Source: a virus | DNA length: 64,000 nt | Virus record (IMG/VR): IMGVR_UViG_3300025876_000005 | Span: 8,643-72,642 of that record | Strand: one strand, 5' to 3' | In this document: piece after piece, positions 17,076 to 27,626 of the stretch | How the letters are laid out: each line of letters begins with the position of its first letter | Numbering within the stretch: the first letter of the stretch is position 1 | Translations under genes and position numbers: made by a program | Notes under the pieces: model-generated | Databases searched by the model: none | Seen by the model: the letters and a program-made list of their open reading frames with translations, nothing else | What the model was told of the DNA's origin: nothing

Positions 17076-17702
17076 ATGTCTACACAAGTTAAAGACAAGC
17101 AACAAGAAATCTGGTACGTTTGGGCTAAATCCGAACGTGTTGGTGATATTGTACAGCCTGCTGAAGTACAAGATGATGCTAAATGGCTTAAGTTTACAGA
17201 TGGTACTCAGATCAACAAGAGTATCGTTAAAGAATTCTTAATGTCGGCTAAATCTGAGCAAGAGGCTAAGGTTTATTCACTAGACTTAAACCCAATTGGC
17301 TCGAGTGTTAATAGCGCTGCTAAACCTGTTGCGGTAAAACAAGAGGCACCAAAGCAAGAGCGTAGAATTACAGACGGTAAGTCAGCACCAACTCCAGAAG
17401 TTAACGTAATGATGGAGATGTTGAAGAAGATCAGCAAGAAGAACAAGGCTGCAATGCTAGTTGAGGTTAATATCCCAGCAAAAGAGGTCTATGAAATGCT
17501 ACAGGATCAAATGGACATGGAAGCAACAGAACTGAATGAACAGATAGGACTGCTTGTAGAAAGCCAGATAGATAACCTAAGAGAACAACTTAAAGAACAA
17601 ATCGAAACTTTTATTTCTAATTATTATACAAATGAGCCAAGAAACAACAAACGAGCAAAATCAAACTCAAGCAACGCCACAGGCACAGATGCCTCTGAAT
17701 AG
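17076..17702 (+). CDS. Hypothetical protein
   Basis: Start re-assigned to ATG 17076, downstream of TAAAC-N17-TATAAT (17014-17041). Confidence 0.7.
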   Translation: MSTQVKDKQQEIWYVWAKSERVGDIVQPAEVQDDAKWLKFTDGTQINKSIVKEFLMSAKSEQEAKVYSLDLNPIGSSVNSAAKPVAVKQEAPKQERRITDGKSAPTPEVNVMMEMLKKISKKNKAAMLVEVNIPAKEVYEMLQDQMDMEATELNEQIGLLVESQIDNLREQLKEQIETFISNYYTNEPRNNKRAKSNSSNATGTDASE

Positions 17703-18063
17703 ACGTCAGAGAAGACTTATGATGAAGCAGAATGGAATGCTTAAGTATTTAAGCAAGCTAAGCTTTTTCCACCCGACAAGAGCTGCAATTAGACGGCAGA
17801 ACATGGAGAATGGGCGTAAAATTCAGGAGGCTAGACTAGATGCTGCTGAAAAAGCTCAAGCCGAAAGACTTGAAGCTGCATTAGAAAGAATGAAAGAGAC
17901 TTGGTCTAACATTGGCTACAACAAAGAAGAAATGACAATGCTAGAAGAAGCTTGGGCTTTGACTGCAATCAAAGACAGAGAAACTTACCGAGCTGATGTG
18001 AAGCGGTCTAGAAAATTGATGAAAGAGGCTGCAGCTTCATTGGCGGCTAGAAACAAAAAGTAA
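17632..18063 (+). CDS. Hypothetical basic helical protein
   Basis: 143 aa ORF. Confidence 0.7.
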   Translation: MSQETTNEQNQTQATPQAQMPLNRRQRRLMMKQNGMLKYLSKLSFFHPTRAAIRRQNMENGRKIQEARLDAAEKAQAERLEAALERMKETWSNIGYNKEEMTMLEEAWALTAIKDRETYRADVKRSRKLMKEAAASLAARNKK

Positions 18064-18066
18064 GAT

Positions 18067-18387
18067 ATGATTACAGTTAGCATTGAACCTGCTGATAACG
18101 GGGTCATCAAGTATGTAGTTGATGATAACGTTAACGGTGGCGGAGAAGAACATGTGTCTCGAGTTGTCTATGATTTAGACAACGACGAAGAAAGAATAAA
18201 CCTAGTCAACCTGGTCCAAGACATTATCTTGGATCTAGGGCTAGAAACAGGAACTGAAATCGACAAGCATATGTTCAGTGCTAAAACTGAATGGGGTGCT
18301 AAATACAACCCGTCGATCAAAGAAACAAAGGAGAGAATCAAGCAGCTAGAAGCTGAAATTGATAGACTCTCTACGCAATTAAAGTAA
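18067..18387 (+). CDS. Hypothetical protein
   Basis: ORF in an operon. Confidence 0.7.
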   Translation: MITVSIEPADNGVIKYVVDDNVNGGGEEHVSRVVYDLDNDEERINLVNLVQDIILDLGLETGTEIDKHMFSAKTEWGAKYNPSIKETKERIKQLEAEIDRLSTQLK

Positions 18388-18794
18388 TGAATTTTAGGAT
18401 AGAATGCGTTTGGTGTAAAACTAGAACGGAGTTTGATAAATTGTATAGGTCTAATGGTCATGACTTAGCAATATCTTATTCCGATATTTTTAATAGACTG
18501 ATGAAGAGTGATCCGTATAACGAGGAGCCTTCTGATGTTATCATTACGCTTTATATCCGTAAAATGATTATGAGAGCACTCAACTCTAAAATAGAGAGTG
18601 AGTCTGATGACTTTTCTATAGCCTATATGTTTAACAACTTAGATCAAGATTCAGTCACCGGTGTTCATGATTTTATGTCTGGGCTCTTTGATTCTGAGAT
18701 AGAGCTTAATCTAACTGTGATTAACAGATCTGATTACCCAAAGCAGGGCGTCTTAAGTAAATTTAACAATGTAAAATTCATTGACAATGATTAA
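18387..18794 (+). CDS. Hypothetical protein
   Basis: Coupled ORF. Confidence 0.7.
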   Translation: MNFRIECVWCKTRTEFDKLYRSNGHDLAISYSDIFNRLMKSDPYNEEPSDVIITLYIRKMIMRALNSKIESESDDFSIAYMFNNLDQDSVTGVHDFMSGLFDSEIELNLTVINRSDYPKQGVLSKFNNVKFIDND

Positions 18795-19386
18795 GCACAA
18801 ACTTTTTGCAAAAGGTGAAAAGATACATGCGCTAATCTCAACTACACAAAAACCAAACGTACTTTTCCCAGTCAGAGCTATCATTTATGACGTCAAGTTC
18901 GACGACATCAATCCACAGTATCAGATTAAAGTACTTAAGTTCTACGATCAAATCTACTTTTTAAAGCAGAATCTGTTTGGTGGCCGATTCATTAGAGACT
19001 TTGAAGGCCACGACACAAAGATCAACCTTAAACGTGAAAACTATTCTAAAGTAAAGATCTTAGAAGATGAGGTCTTTGGTGGCCAGAACTGGCAAAAATA
19101 CATGATTGTTGTTGACTCTGTCTTTTGCACAAGGACTAGAGCAGAACAAGAAGAGCTCTTCAATAATATCCAATCCTTTCATATTGAGTTAAAACTGAAA
19201 GAACTCTATGAACTAGTTAATCGTACGGTCTATTCTAAAGGCCCATACTATTTCCATACTCGAGGTGAATACATTAAAGCACTAGAGAAGTTTTTAGGAG
19301 ATAGATACCCTAAGCAAAAAGACTGGGTAGACGAATTGCTTTACCGCCCAGATACATCTGAGATGGACAACTCTGAGTGGGTTTAA
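18787..19386 (+). CDS. Hypothetical protein
   Basis: Coupled ORF, ATG 18787. Confidence 0.7.
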   Translation: MIKHKLFAKGEKIHALISTTQKPNVLFPVRAIIYDVKFDDINPQYQIKVLKFYDQIYFLKQNLFGGRFIRDFEGHDTKINLKRENYSKVKILEDEVFGGQNWQKYMIVVDSVFCTRTRAEQEELFNNIQSFHIELKLKELYELVNRTVYSKGPYYFHTRGEYIKALEKFLGDRYPKQKDWVDELLYRPDTSEMDNSEWV

Positions 19387-19424
19387 GTAGAGCTGGATAT
19401 ATATAAAAAAAGAATAGTGATTTA

Positions 19425-21191
19425 ATGGCTTACCAATATCTAGGGAAACTCGGACCTAAAATACAATTTGAAGTTATAGAGACTGGTGTGCAAGAGGAAA
19501 CTTTTGCTTCTCCGCCATTTAAAGGCGCGGATGACCAGTGGTATCTTTTTCAAGAAACACCTGAAAATATATTATATGGTTATACTGAGCCAGAGCCAGA
19601 GCCAGAGCCAGTAACTCAGGGTAATACTACTGTTGAAGAAGAACCAACACCTACAGAATATACTAGTGTTTATGGTAAAACATTAGTCCAGAGTAGAAAG
19701 TATAAAGCACCGGAAGGTGATAGCAGAACTGAGGGTATTCATGAAGGTGAAGCTGTTAGATCACACTTTAATAAATGGACTCTTTTTAAGTACAAGAACA
19801 TAAGTGGTTTAAGTGAAAACTCACAAGGTTCTGAAGTTTCTGACAAGTATAGCACGGTTGTTAACTCAACTTCACCATATATTGCACCTACTGCTAACAA
19901 TATTGTACAATATTCTAATAATATTGATTCTTTAGCTTTTAAGTATAGCTTGACTGACTTTATACAATGTGAACACTATGGTCAAATTTCTAATAATTAC
20001 ATGGTGACTCTAAGACGTTTTGGTTATCCAATTGCTGATGACCTCATTGCGCCTAGGCAAATGGGGCCTGACGGCGAACCCATTGATGTTACTCAGCCGG
20101 ATATAGCACGTGCGATTACTTGGTTGAGTCCTGCATTGGGTAACGATCTAAAAGAAATCCTTAAGTTTAACGTTGGTATACCATGGAAAGAAGAAGAATC
20201 TGCAGTTCAAACTATTCAGGCTGGTAAGAAGAATAGAGGTGCTGTTGGTGCAATGATTGATGGTAGCCCTATTTTCCAGGCTATTGAAAATGGTATAAAC
20301 GGTTACAATGCAGATCAAACACAACGTGCAAACGCACAAGGTGGTGGATTTGACCCACTTAAGGAGACATATCCAAACACTGTTTATGGTCCTCTTAATG
20401 TAATTAAAAACATTATGGCTAGAGAGCAGGGTTTAAAATTTGAACAAGAGTTTAAATTAACTTTTCACTATGATTTACGTGGTTATGGTAACACAAGTCC
20501 TAAGGTTGCTTTTATGGACAGTATGGCAAACTTACTAGCGTTGACATACAATAATGCTCCTTTCTGGGGTGGTGCTGTTAGGTATACTGGTAGTGGTTCT
20601 CTTGGTAAACCATTTGGTGACTATGAACTACTAAGATCTGGTGATTATGAGGGCTTCTTAAAAGGCCTAGGTAGTCAACTGAGCAATGCTGTTTCTACAG
20701 GTTTTGCTGATATATCTAAAGCATTTGAAACAGGTAATCTTGGAGACTCTAAGATCTTAAATAACGTTATTGGTGGTGGTCTTATGAAATTATTTAATGG
20801 GCCACAGGGTGGCGCGATTGTTAACTCACTTTTAACCGGAGACCCTACTGGGCAGTGGCATTTAACTATCGGTAATCCACTGAACCCGATTATGATGGTT
20901 GGTAATCTTGCGTGTACTGATTCTAGCTTCTCATTTGAAGGGCCGTTTGGTTATGAAGATTTTCCTTCTAAACTAAAGGTTGAAATTACACTTAAACCTG
21001 CTAGAATGCGCGATAAGGGTGAGATTGAGAGTATGTTTAATGCTGGAAAAGGTAGAATGTATCTACAGCCAGAATATGGTGGAGACATAGACAATCTTGT
21101 AAATGTATCTGCATATGGAAATAAAGATAGACTAGCTCAAGGCTTTAGCGAAGACGCTATACAAAAATTGTCTGACATGTCAGCTGGATAA
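19425..21191 (+). CDS. Putative tail/baseplate structural protein
   Basis: First gene of the late module after GATATATA; C-terminal WHLTIGNPLNPI..GNL..FEGPFGYEDFPSKLKVEITLKP resembles tube/hub-like proteins; (EP)4 linker. Confidence 0.55.
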   Translation: MAYQYLGKLGPKIQFEVIETGVQEETFASPPFKGADDQWYLFQETPENILYGYTEPEPEPEPVTQGNTTVEEEPTPTEYTSVYGKTLVQSRKYKAPEGDSRTEGIHEGEAVRSHFNKWTLFKYKNISGLSENSQGSEVSDKYSTVVNSTSPYIAPTANNIVQYSNNIDSLAFKYSLTDFIQCEHYGQISNNYMVTLRRFGYPIADDLIAPRQMGPDGEPIDVTQPDIARAITWLSPALGNDLKEILKFNVGIPWKEEESAVQTIQAGKKNRGAVGAMIDGSPIFQAIENGINGYNADQTQRANAQGGGFDPLKETYPNTVYGPLNVIKNIMAREQGLKFEQEFKLTFHYDLRGYGNTSPKVAFMDSMANLLALTYNNAPFWGGAVRYTGSGSLGKPFGDYELLRSGDYEGFLKGLGSQLSNAVSTGFADISKAFETGNLGDSKILNNVIGGGLMKLFNGPQGGAIVNSLLTGDPTGQWHLTIGNPLNPIMMVGNLACTDSSFSFEGPFGYEDFPSKLKVEITLKPARMRDKGEIESMFNAGKGRMYLQPEYGGDIDNLVNVSAYGNKDRLAQGFSEDAIQKLSDMSAG

Positions 21192-21193
21192 TT

Positions 21194-22198
21194 ATGAATT
21201 TAAAGACATTTATAAATAAAACATCTGATGGTATTAGGTATATCCTAACACAACCAACTATGATCTTTGCTAACAAGGAAAACATTACACTGCTTAATCC
21301 AGAGCATGTTGTTAATGCTGATCAAGCTGCAAGGCCAGATCTAATTGCATTGAAGTATTATGGAAATCAGAGTAAGCTTGATATGATCTTAAAATGGAAC
21401 TCTATTTCAGATCCATTTTCAATTAACGAAGGTGATGTCTTAGAAATTCCACATGCAAACGCTCCCTTCTACAAGCTAGAAAGACCGAAAGAATTTGATG
21501 CTACAAATAATCCTGTTAAACTACAGTTTATTTCAGGTAAACGCTTGAGCAAAAAGGACCAGCGTAGACTTGATGCTTTAAAGAAGAAATATGGTAAAGA
21601 TAATCTGTTGCCACCGAATGTAATACCGGTTGGTAAAAAGAATTATGAATATGTGGGCTCTCAGATTAGAATGGGTGCTCAAGCACAAACCGATGCTGTA
21701 GTTGATGCTATTAATAGAAATCTTGATGCAGATTCAGGTGATGAGATTAACACAGATCTTCTAGGAGATACAATTACAATTGGCGGTGAAAACACAGGCT
21801 CTCAATTTGAGAAGATTCCAGGTGGAGTATGGAGCTGGACTGGTGGCTCTTGGGTTGCTGTTAACCCGGATGTTGCACAAGAAGTTGCAGGCTCACTCTA
21901 CGGTGAATATGGAGATCCGAACGGTTCTATACAAGGTAGCTTTGAAAGTCAGCTCTATTTTGATAAATTAAGAAATGGTGGCGATGGAAATGGCACTGGT
22001 GGCGGAAATGGCACTGGTGGCGGAAATGGCACTAGCGGCACTGGTGGCGGAAATGGCACTGGTGGCGGAAATGGCACTAGCGGTACTTCAGCAGACGAGT
22101 ATGGAGATAACCAAAACGATGGCGGAAATGGCACTAGCGGCACTGGTGGCGGAAATGGCACTAGCGGCACTGGTAGTACAGCTCCATGTGGTCAATAA
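21194..22198 (+). CDS. Baseplate wedge gp53/LysM-like protein with Gly-rich C-terminal repeats
   Basis: ARPDLIALKYYG...ILKWNSISDPFSINEGDVLEIP LysM-like segment. Confidence 0.65.
   Translation: MNLKTFINKTSDGIRYILTQPTMIFANKENITLLNPEHVVNADQAARPDLIALKYYGNQSKLDMILKWNSISDPFSINEGDVLEIPHANAPFYKLERPKEFDATNNPVKLQFISGKRLSKKDQRRLDALKKKYGKDNLLPPNVIPVGKKNYEYVGSQIRMGAQAQTDAVVDAINRNLDADSGDEINTDLLGDTITIGGENTGSQFEKIPGGVWSWTGGSWVAVNPDVAQEVAGSLYGEYGDPNGSIQGSFESQLYFDKLRNGGDGNGTGGGNGTGGGNGTSGTGGGNGTGGGNGTSGTSADEYGDNQNDGGNGTSGTGGGNGTSGTGSTAPCGQ
21977..22175 (+). repeat. Coding tandem repeat of GGTGGCGGAAATGGCACT(AGCGGCACT), encoding GGGNGT(SGT)
   Basis: Multiple near-identical 18/27-nt units. Confidence 0.9.
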
Positions 22199-22204
22199 TA
22201 AATT

Positions 22205-23725
22205 ATGAATCTAGACAATAACATATTAGCGGTCGTTGAACCGGCAATTATGCCTACTGCAATTGAGATTGAGGGGCTAGGTGAGGCTGAAGAAGATGGT
22301 GGTGCAGATCGCCAGACTAAAGCTATTGGTGTTGATTTACCATTTGTGCTCCTAAATAATTATCAATTCATGCAGAAAGACATACAGAGTTTCTCATTAG
22401 ATAACTCTGGATTTTTGCCTGAGATGAGGATCCGCTTAGTTGACAGAAAAAATACATTTGGTGTTGATTCATTTCCAAGAGATGGCGATGTGATTACAAT
22501 ATTGTTAACTAGTAAAAACTCTTCTACGTTTAAGAGTATTCACATGGATTTTGACATTACGAGCATTACTAGTAAACAGGCCAGTGAAGGTGATTTTAAT
22601 GCAATTACCGTAGTTGGGACAGCTAAAGTACCAAGGCTTTACAGCGAAGAGTGTAGAAGTTTTGATGCTGCAGGTTCGTTAGATCATCTAGAAGAAGTTG
22701 CTAGAGATTTACAGCTAGGCTTAGCTACAAACATCGAAAACACTGACGATGCTCAAATTAGAATACAAGCATATACATCTACTCTAGATTTTATTAAAGA
22801 AACAGTAGACACCTCTTATATTTCAGACGACTCATTTCAAAGGTTTTATATAGATCAATACTATTATTTAACCTATGTTGATGTGAATAGGGTTTTTAAT
22901 TCTCCTAATCCACCGATAGATGATTTACAGGCCTCTTTTGCATCAGCAATATACAGCACGGCAGAGGATAAAGAAACACCTGAAGAAAGTGATGATATTG
23001 AAGCACCTTTAATACTTACAAACCACAGAAACAGTAAAGGTACAAATATGTTTATCGGTGCTTTTAATCTAGTAAATAATGCTAATGATATAAGTACAGC
23101 ATATGGTTATACTAGAGACGTTGTTATTTATGATGATAACTCAGAAGCCGGTGAAAGATTTCAAGAATTTACAATAGAAGCCTTGAACTCAGAGGAAATG
23201 ATGGACTATGAAGAGCCTCTAAAAGGCAGGCGTAACGAGGATAGATATGACACTCATAAGAAGCATAAATATATTGGTAGACAGGATGTTGGAGAAGGTG
23301 ATATTGGTAACGTACATCCAAGCTTAAATTTTGCTAAATTACACCAGGCGCAAAACTTAGCTGAGATAGAAAAGGTTAAACTTAAAGTCTCTCTAGAATC
23401 TTTTAACCCATCGATCTATAAGTACCAGAAGATTCCAATTCTTATTTACGAATACAATAAAGAGCGTGTTGCGGCAATGCTCAAGTACAATAAGTTTTTA
23501 GATGAACAAGGTTTTTCTGATAAGTTTTTGGATATAGATCCGGGTGTTGCTGAAGAAGATAATGAAGATTCTAAACCAGACCAGGTAGTTAACAGATTCT
23601 TAAGCGGTTTTTACGTAATTGAGAATATTAACTATAAATACAACATTGATAAAGGTGGAATAGTACAAGAGGTTACTCTTATTAGAAGAGAATGGCCAGG
23701 TGGTTTTACTAACTACGCAGAATAA
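22205..23725 (+). CDS. Putative baseplate hub (gp27/VgrG-like) protein
   Basis: Lies between the LysM/gp53 and gp5 genes; C-terminal LSGFYVIENINY...QEVTLIRREW typical of hub proteins. Confidence 0.5.
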   Translation: MNLDNNILAVVEPAIMPTAIEIEGLGEAEEDGGADRQTKAIGVDLPFVLLNNYQFMQKDIQSFSLDNSGFLPEMRIRLVDRKNTFGVDSFPRDGDVITILLTSKNSSTFKSIHMDFDITSITSKQASEGDFNAITVVGTAKVPRLYSEECRSFDAAGSLDHLEEVARDLQLGLATNIENTDDAQIRIQAYTSTLDFIKETVDTSYISDDSFQRFYIDQYYYLTYVDVNRVFNSPNPPIDDLQASFASAIYSTAEDKETPEESDDIEAPLILTNHRNSKGTNMFIGAFNLVNNANDISTAYGYTRDVVIYDDNSEAGERFQEFTIEALNSEEMMDYEEPLKGRRNEDRYDTHKKHKYIGRQDVGEGDIGNVHPSLNFAKLHQAQNLAEIEKVKLKVSLESFNPSIYKYQKIPILIYEYNKERVAAMLKYNKFLDEQGFSDKFLDIDPGVAEEDNEDSKPDQVVNRFLSGFYVIENINYKYNIDKGGIVQEVTLIRREWPGGFTNYAE

Positions 23726-23738
23726 GAATATATAGTAC

Positions 23739-25043
23739 ATGGCAGACTTTGGTAAGATAAACGAATTTAGAAAGACAACTCAATTAAGGAAGATCAATGA
23801 GGATCCGACTTACTTGAGCTTCTTCCTTTTGTTTGATACTTCTCGAGAAAATTCACCATTACTATCAGGTGTTGCCGAGGAATATTTAAGAAATGTAGTT
23901 AAAGATACTGAAAGAGCTGATCTATTAGCTCGTTTTGTTAAACTTTTAAAGAAGGTTAATACAGAACTGCCTTGGTTTTGGCAAAGCGTATCCGGACTTG
24001 AGAATACTAGAAAGTACAATAAGATGGAAGATCCATGGCGAGGTGCTGAGTCGCCATCGCTGGAAATTGAGTGTCTAGAGAATATTGAACTTACTGCTGC
24101 TACTCTGATTGATTTATACAAAAGAGCTGCATTTGATTTTAACAGATGGGTTGAAGTAATACCTAAGAATTTACGCCATTTTCAGTTGGACGTGTGGGTA
24201 ACTGAAGTTAGAGGCTTTCAACAAACAACTGTCGCAGGACTTTTAAATTCAAAAAATAAAGATACTTCAAGGACTGAGATTAGAAATCCAGACGAAACTA
24301 ACCCCGATAACGCTACTAACGCTGAGATGGCCGTTGACGCTAAACCTCTTTTTGTAACTAGATTAGGCCACTGTGAATTCGATATAGAATCTACTAGTGA
24401 TATGTTTGCCAGTCTGAGTAAATCGCCAGAAATGGCAAAGTCTAAGATTATTATACACTGGAATACCGCTGAACAGCAGTCGCAAAGGTATGGTGCAAAC
24501 TTAAACGCTAACCAAGAAAACAGTATAGCGTTCCAAAGAGATCCTGATCCTAGATTAGAGGCATATAATCCATTTGACCCTATTAACCCTATTGATAAGC
24601 TTAAAGATAGGGCAAAAGATCAATTAGATGGTGCTATTGCTGGTGTAACAAATATACTAGGTGGACTTCCAGGTGATAGAGGTGCTTTAGGTAATGCACA
24701 TGGTTCTCTGTTAACAGGGCAACTTGGGCAACTCGCTAACTCTGTAGTTGAAGGTGCACTTGCGCGTCTTCTACTTGGTAATGTACACGGGATTAACGCA
24801 GGATCTACAATCCAAGATGCAATAAACGCAGCTAGTTTAAACGGTATAGCCAACGCAGCTGGACAATTATTTAATCAGTTTAACCAGCCTTCAGGTGGAA
24901 ACGGTAACGATGTAATAACTCCAAAAAAGATCTATCCAGAAAATGCGATAGATAGTTCACAAGGACCAATTAACGAAAGAATATACGAGCCAGGAGTAGA
25001 CAGTAGTCCAGATGGCAACTTAAACCAGAACGTACATGAATAA
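23739..25043 (+). CDS. Putative tail tube-related/baseplate structural protein
   Basis: Context; PWFWQSVSGLE N-domain with a low-complexity C-terminus. Confidence 0.45.
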   Translation: MADFGKINEFRKTTQLRKINEDPTYLSFFLLFDTSRENSPLLSGVAEEYLRNVVKDTERADLLARFVKLLKKVNTELPWFWQSVSGLENTRKYNKMEDPWRGAESPSLEIECLENIELTAATLIDLYKRAAFDFNRWVEVIPKNLRHFQLDVWVTEVRGFQQTTVAGLLNSKNKDTSRTEIRNPDETNPDNATNAEMAVDAKPLFVTRLGHCEFDIESTSDMFASLSKSPEMAKSKIIIHWNTAEQQSQRYGANLNANQENSIAFQRDPDPRLEAYNPFDPINPIDKLKDRAKDQLDGAIAGVTNILGGLPGDRGALGNAHGSLLTGQLGQLANSVVEGALARLLLGNVHGINAGSTIQDAINAASLNGIANAAGQLFNQFNQPSGGNGNDVITPKKIYPENAIDSSQGPINERIYEPGVDSSPDGNLNQNVHE

Positions 25044-25752
25044 CAATGAACTTTATAGAGATAATCTTAGAGATGCGCATTGGCTTGGTGAAGTTGTGGT
25101 TAACGAAGACCCACTTCTAAAAGGCAGGTGCCGTGTCAAAGTCTTTGGTAAATTTGATCAGTTAACAGACGATGCTATCCCATGGGCAACACCAATGAAC
25201 AGAGATGCTGTAGGTTCACATCACGTACCTAGAGTTGGTGATATTGTTGCAGTTCGTTTTGATAATGGTAACATCTATCACCCAGAATACTGGTTTCAAG
25301 TAGATCAGAATGATGACCTTAAGACTGATGTTCTTGAGGCCTCAGACGCACCACAAGATGTTATAAGCCTAGTCTACGACGCTGAAAGAAATTTAAGGAT
25401 ATATCACTCACCGGAAGATGGTCTTGTGATTACGCGTGGCTCTGGAGCCAAAGAGAGGCCGATGATTCAGATCGACGAAGAGGGTTTTATTAAGATCTCA
25501 ACTGATGCTAAGATGTTCTTAGACTGTGGTGACATTTTTATCTCAAATGAAGGTGAAGGTGGAGCAGATGAGACTGAACCTGCGGTGCGTGGTCAATCCT
25601 TACAAGACTGGTTACAAAAACTATTGGATGACTATAATACACACATCCACCCAACTGGAGTTGGTCCTAGCGGCCCACCAATGCCGCCAACACCAGTTAC
25701 CGTTGGAGAACTTACAGCTACTCATATTAACTATCAACAAAAGAATAAGTAA
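25036..25752 (+). CDS. Baseplate spike gp5/gpV-like protein (OB-fold)
   Basis: GEVVVNEDPLLKGRCRVKVFG...IPWA..VPRVGDIVAVRF; C-terminal HIH metal-binding tip. Confidence 0.85.
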   Translation: MNNNELYRDNLRDAHWLGEVVVNEDPLLKGRCRVKVFGKFDQLTDDAIPWATPMNRDAVGSHHVPRVGDIVAVRFDNGNIYHPEYWFQVDQNDDLKTDVLEASDAPQDVISLVYDAERNLRIYHSPEDGLVITRGSGAKERPMIQIDEEGFIKISTDAKMFLDCGDIFISNEGEGGADETEPAVRGQSLQDWLQKLLDDYNTHIHPTGVGPSGPPMPPTPVTVGELTATHINYQQKNK

Positions 25753-27578
25753 TGCCAGCACTATGGCCTAAATTCATAACAGACGTTAGTAGTTACATTG
25801 CAAACGGCGATGCAAATGCTGGTGGACCAGGAGTTCTGAAAGGTCAAGATAGACCAGGCGCTGAGATTAACGCTAACTTTAACGTTAAAACATATGTACC
25901 ACTTGTAACACCAAGTGGCCGCAGGAATTTTGGTGAAGCCTTAGCTGGCTTCTATTTAGATGCACTTAAGACTGCACAAACTCCATTTGGTGCAACACAC
26001 ACTCAATCACCAGCAGCACAAATCTTTATTAAAGCCTACGGTGAAATCTTTGAGCAGATCTTTAGAAATGGTGAACCTTATTTAGTAGATCAAAAAGACG
26101 CAGACGGCAATGTTACAGAACAGGGCAAAGAATCTCTTGAGCCTTATGATGAAATGTCAACTGAGATTCCAGACCCACCGACTGAAGAAGAACTAGAAGC
26201 CGAACGCGAGAAGAAGTTCTGTCAGTTCTTAGAAGAAGAAGGGTCAAGGCTCTACACTTTCTCTTATTTCGAGTTTCACTGTATTGAGCCCAGCGACACA
26301 CGGGCTCAGATTGAAGATATGTTTGCGAACAGGCTCTTACAACAGTTTGAGAAAATAAGCAGTCCAAACGAACGCTGGAGTTTCTTTGAATGGGTTTCAT
26401 CTTTAGGTAAAATAGAATACCTAGGCTATAACTTTAGCGGGGTTAATTTAGGCAGTGGCTTTAGTGCACCTTATATTAACGTACATAACAATGTTAAAAC
26501 AGGAATTGCAGCTGCTGGTTATAACTGGCAAACGTTGATTGATAACGTTTCAAACAAAGTAAGAAATGCTATTATGGCGGCACATCCTGTTGATATTTCT
26601 AGCTGGTATAGTGCTTTTGCTAATGTTGTAAATATCGATACTATCGACTCTGCAATTAAAAGACCTGCTGTTAATCCAATTCAAAAACCATGGCCCTTTG
26701 GAAATGATAGGCCAGAAAAGGAATTGAACCCAAAACGTATCCAAGTTTCTTATAATAGAGAATCTCCTAGTGAAAGGCCTAAAATATTGACAGATGCTGT
26801 TGTTGCCTTCTTTTCATGGAGACCAGATGTAAGAGTTTACTTACCATCTACCTTTACAGCTGGTAGTATTGATGCTTCTTCATTTACAGAGACATTAGCC
26901 GATGGTACACAAAGAATCCTAAGTAGATGGCAGAAAACACCGCTACATGTAGTATCAACATATGTGGTTACTGAATATAAAAATAACTGGGTTAGAACAC
27001 CAGATCCACAGTTAAGGGCTTTTAACTCAAGTAGCACATTTGCAGACTTTAAAGCTCTTAGCGGTGGTACTCTATTTGAGTTTGTTAAATGGCAAGGTGA
27101 ACAGGCTGAAAATAATGCTGCTGCTTGTGAAGAAGCGCCTGTAGATCTACCGTTTGACTACAGGTGCTATTCAGGTCTATCTATGGACAACGGTCTATTT
27201 AATACCGAGGATGGTACAGATCCATGGAAGCAACTTGCTTTAGCTACAATTGCTTATTGGTATAGTACATTAGTACAGCCTTTTAAGGTTTCGCCATCCG
27301 CTCTACCAGCTCTTATTCCAGCTCCACTTGGTGGTCTATACATTCCAATTTATTATGGTAGTGTAGATCGACTGGCAAATAACTTGAGAAGAGCTATGCA
27401 CATGGGGCAGACTTTTTCACAAATACCGGCAACGCAGCCGCCGGCCATAGCTGTCGCTTCTGCACTTGCAGCTACATATGCTCTACATTTATTAGAGTTT
27501 AAATTACTCTACCTTGGTGGTATACCAACACCAATTGGTCCAGTGCCAATGCCAGGTTTTGTGCCCGTGGTTTTTTAA
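25752..27578 (+). CDS. Hypothetical virion-associated protein
   Basis: 608 aa ORF coupled to the gp5-like gene. Confidence 0.6.
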   Translation: MPALWPKFITDVSSYIANGDANAGGPGVLKGQDRPGAEINANFNVKTYVPLVTPSGRRNFGEALAGFYLDALKTAQTPFGATHTQSPAAQIFIKAYGEIFEQIFRNGEPYLVDQKDADGNVTEQGKESLEPYDEMSTEIPDPPTEEELEAEREKKFCQFLEEEGSRLYTFSYFEFHCIEPSDTRAQIEDMFANRLLQQFEKISSPNERWSFFEWVSSLGKIEYLGYNFSGVNLGSGFSAPYINVHNNVKTGIAAAGYNWQTLIDNVSNKVRNAIMAAHPVDISSWYSAFANVVNIDTIDSAIKRPAVNPIQKPWPFGNDRPEKELNPKRIQVSYNRESPSERPKILTDAVVAFFSWRPDVRVYLPSTFTAGSIDASSFTETLADGTQRILSRWQKTPLHVVSTYVVTEYKNNWVRTPDPQLRAFNSSSTFADFKALSGGTLFEFVKWQGEQAENNAAACEEAPVDLPFDYRCYSGLSMDNGLFNTEDGTDPWKQLALATIAYWYSTLVQPFKVSPSALPALIPAPLGGLYIPIYYGSVDRLANNLRRAMHMGQTFSQIPATQPPAIAVASALAATYALHLLEFKLLYLGGIPTPIGPVPMPGFVPVVF

Positions 27579-27626
27579 GAAAATTAAACGGATATATAAT
27601 ATGTTACACCTTTAATATAAAAATAA

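Noticed and set aside
21955-22208. Poly-Pro (- strand) and MALVAE-repeat (+ alternative frame) ORFs; also considered as a CRISPR array
   Set aside because: They are alternative readings of the Gly-rich coding repeat. The units are contiguous with no unique spacers.
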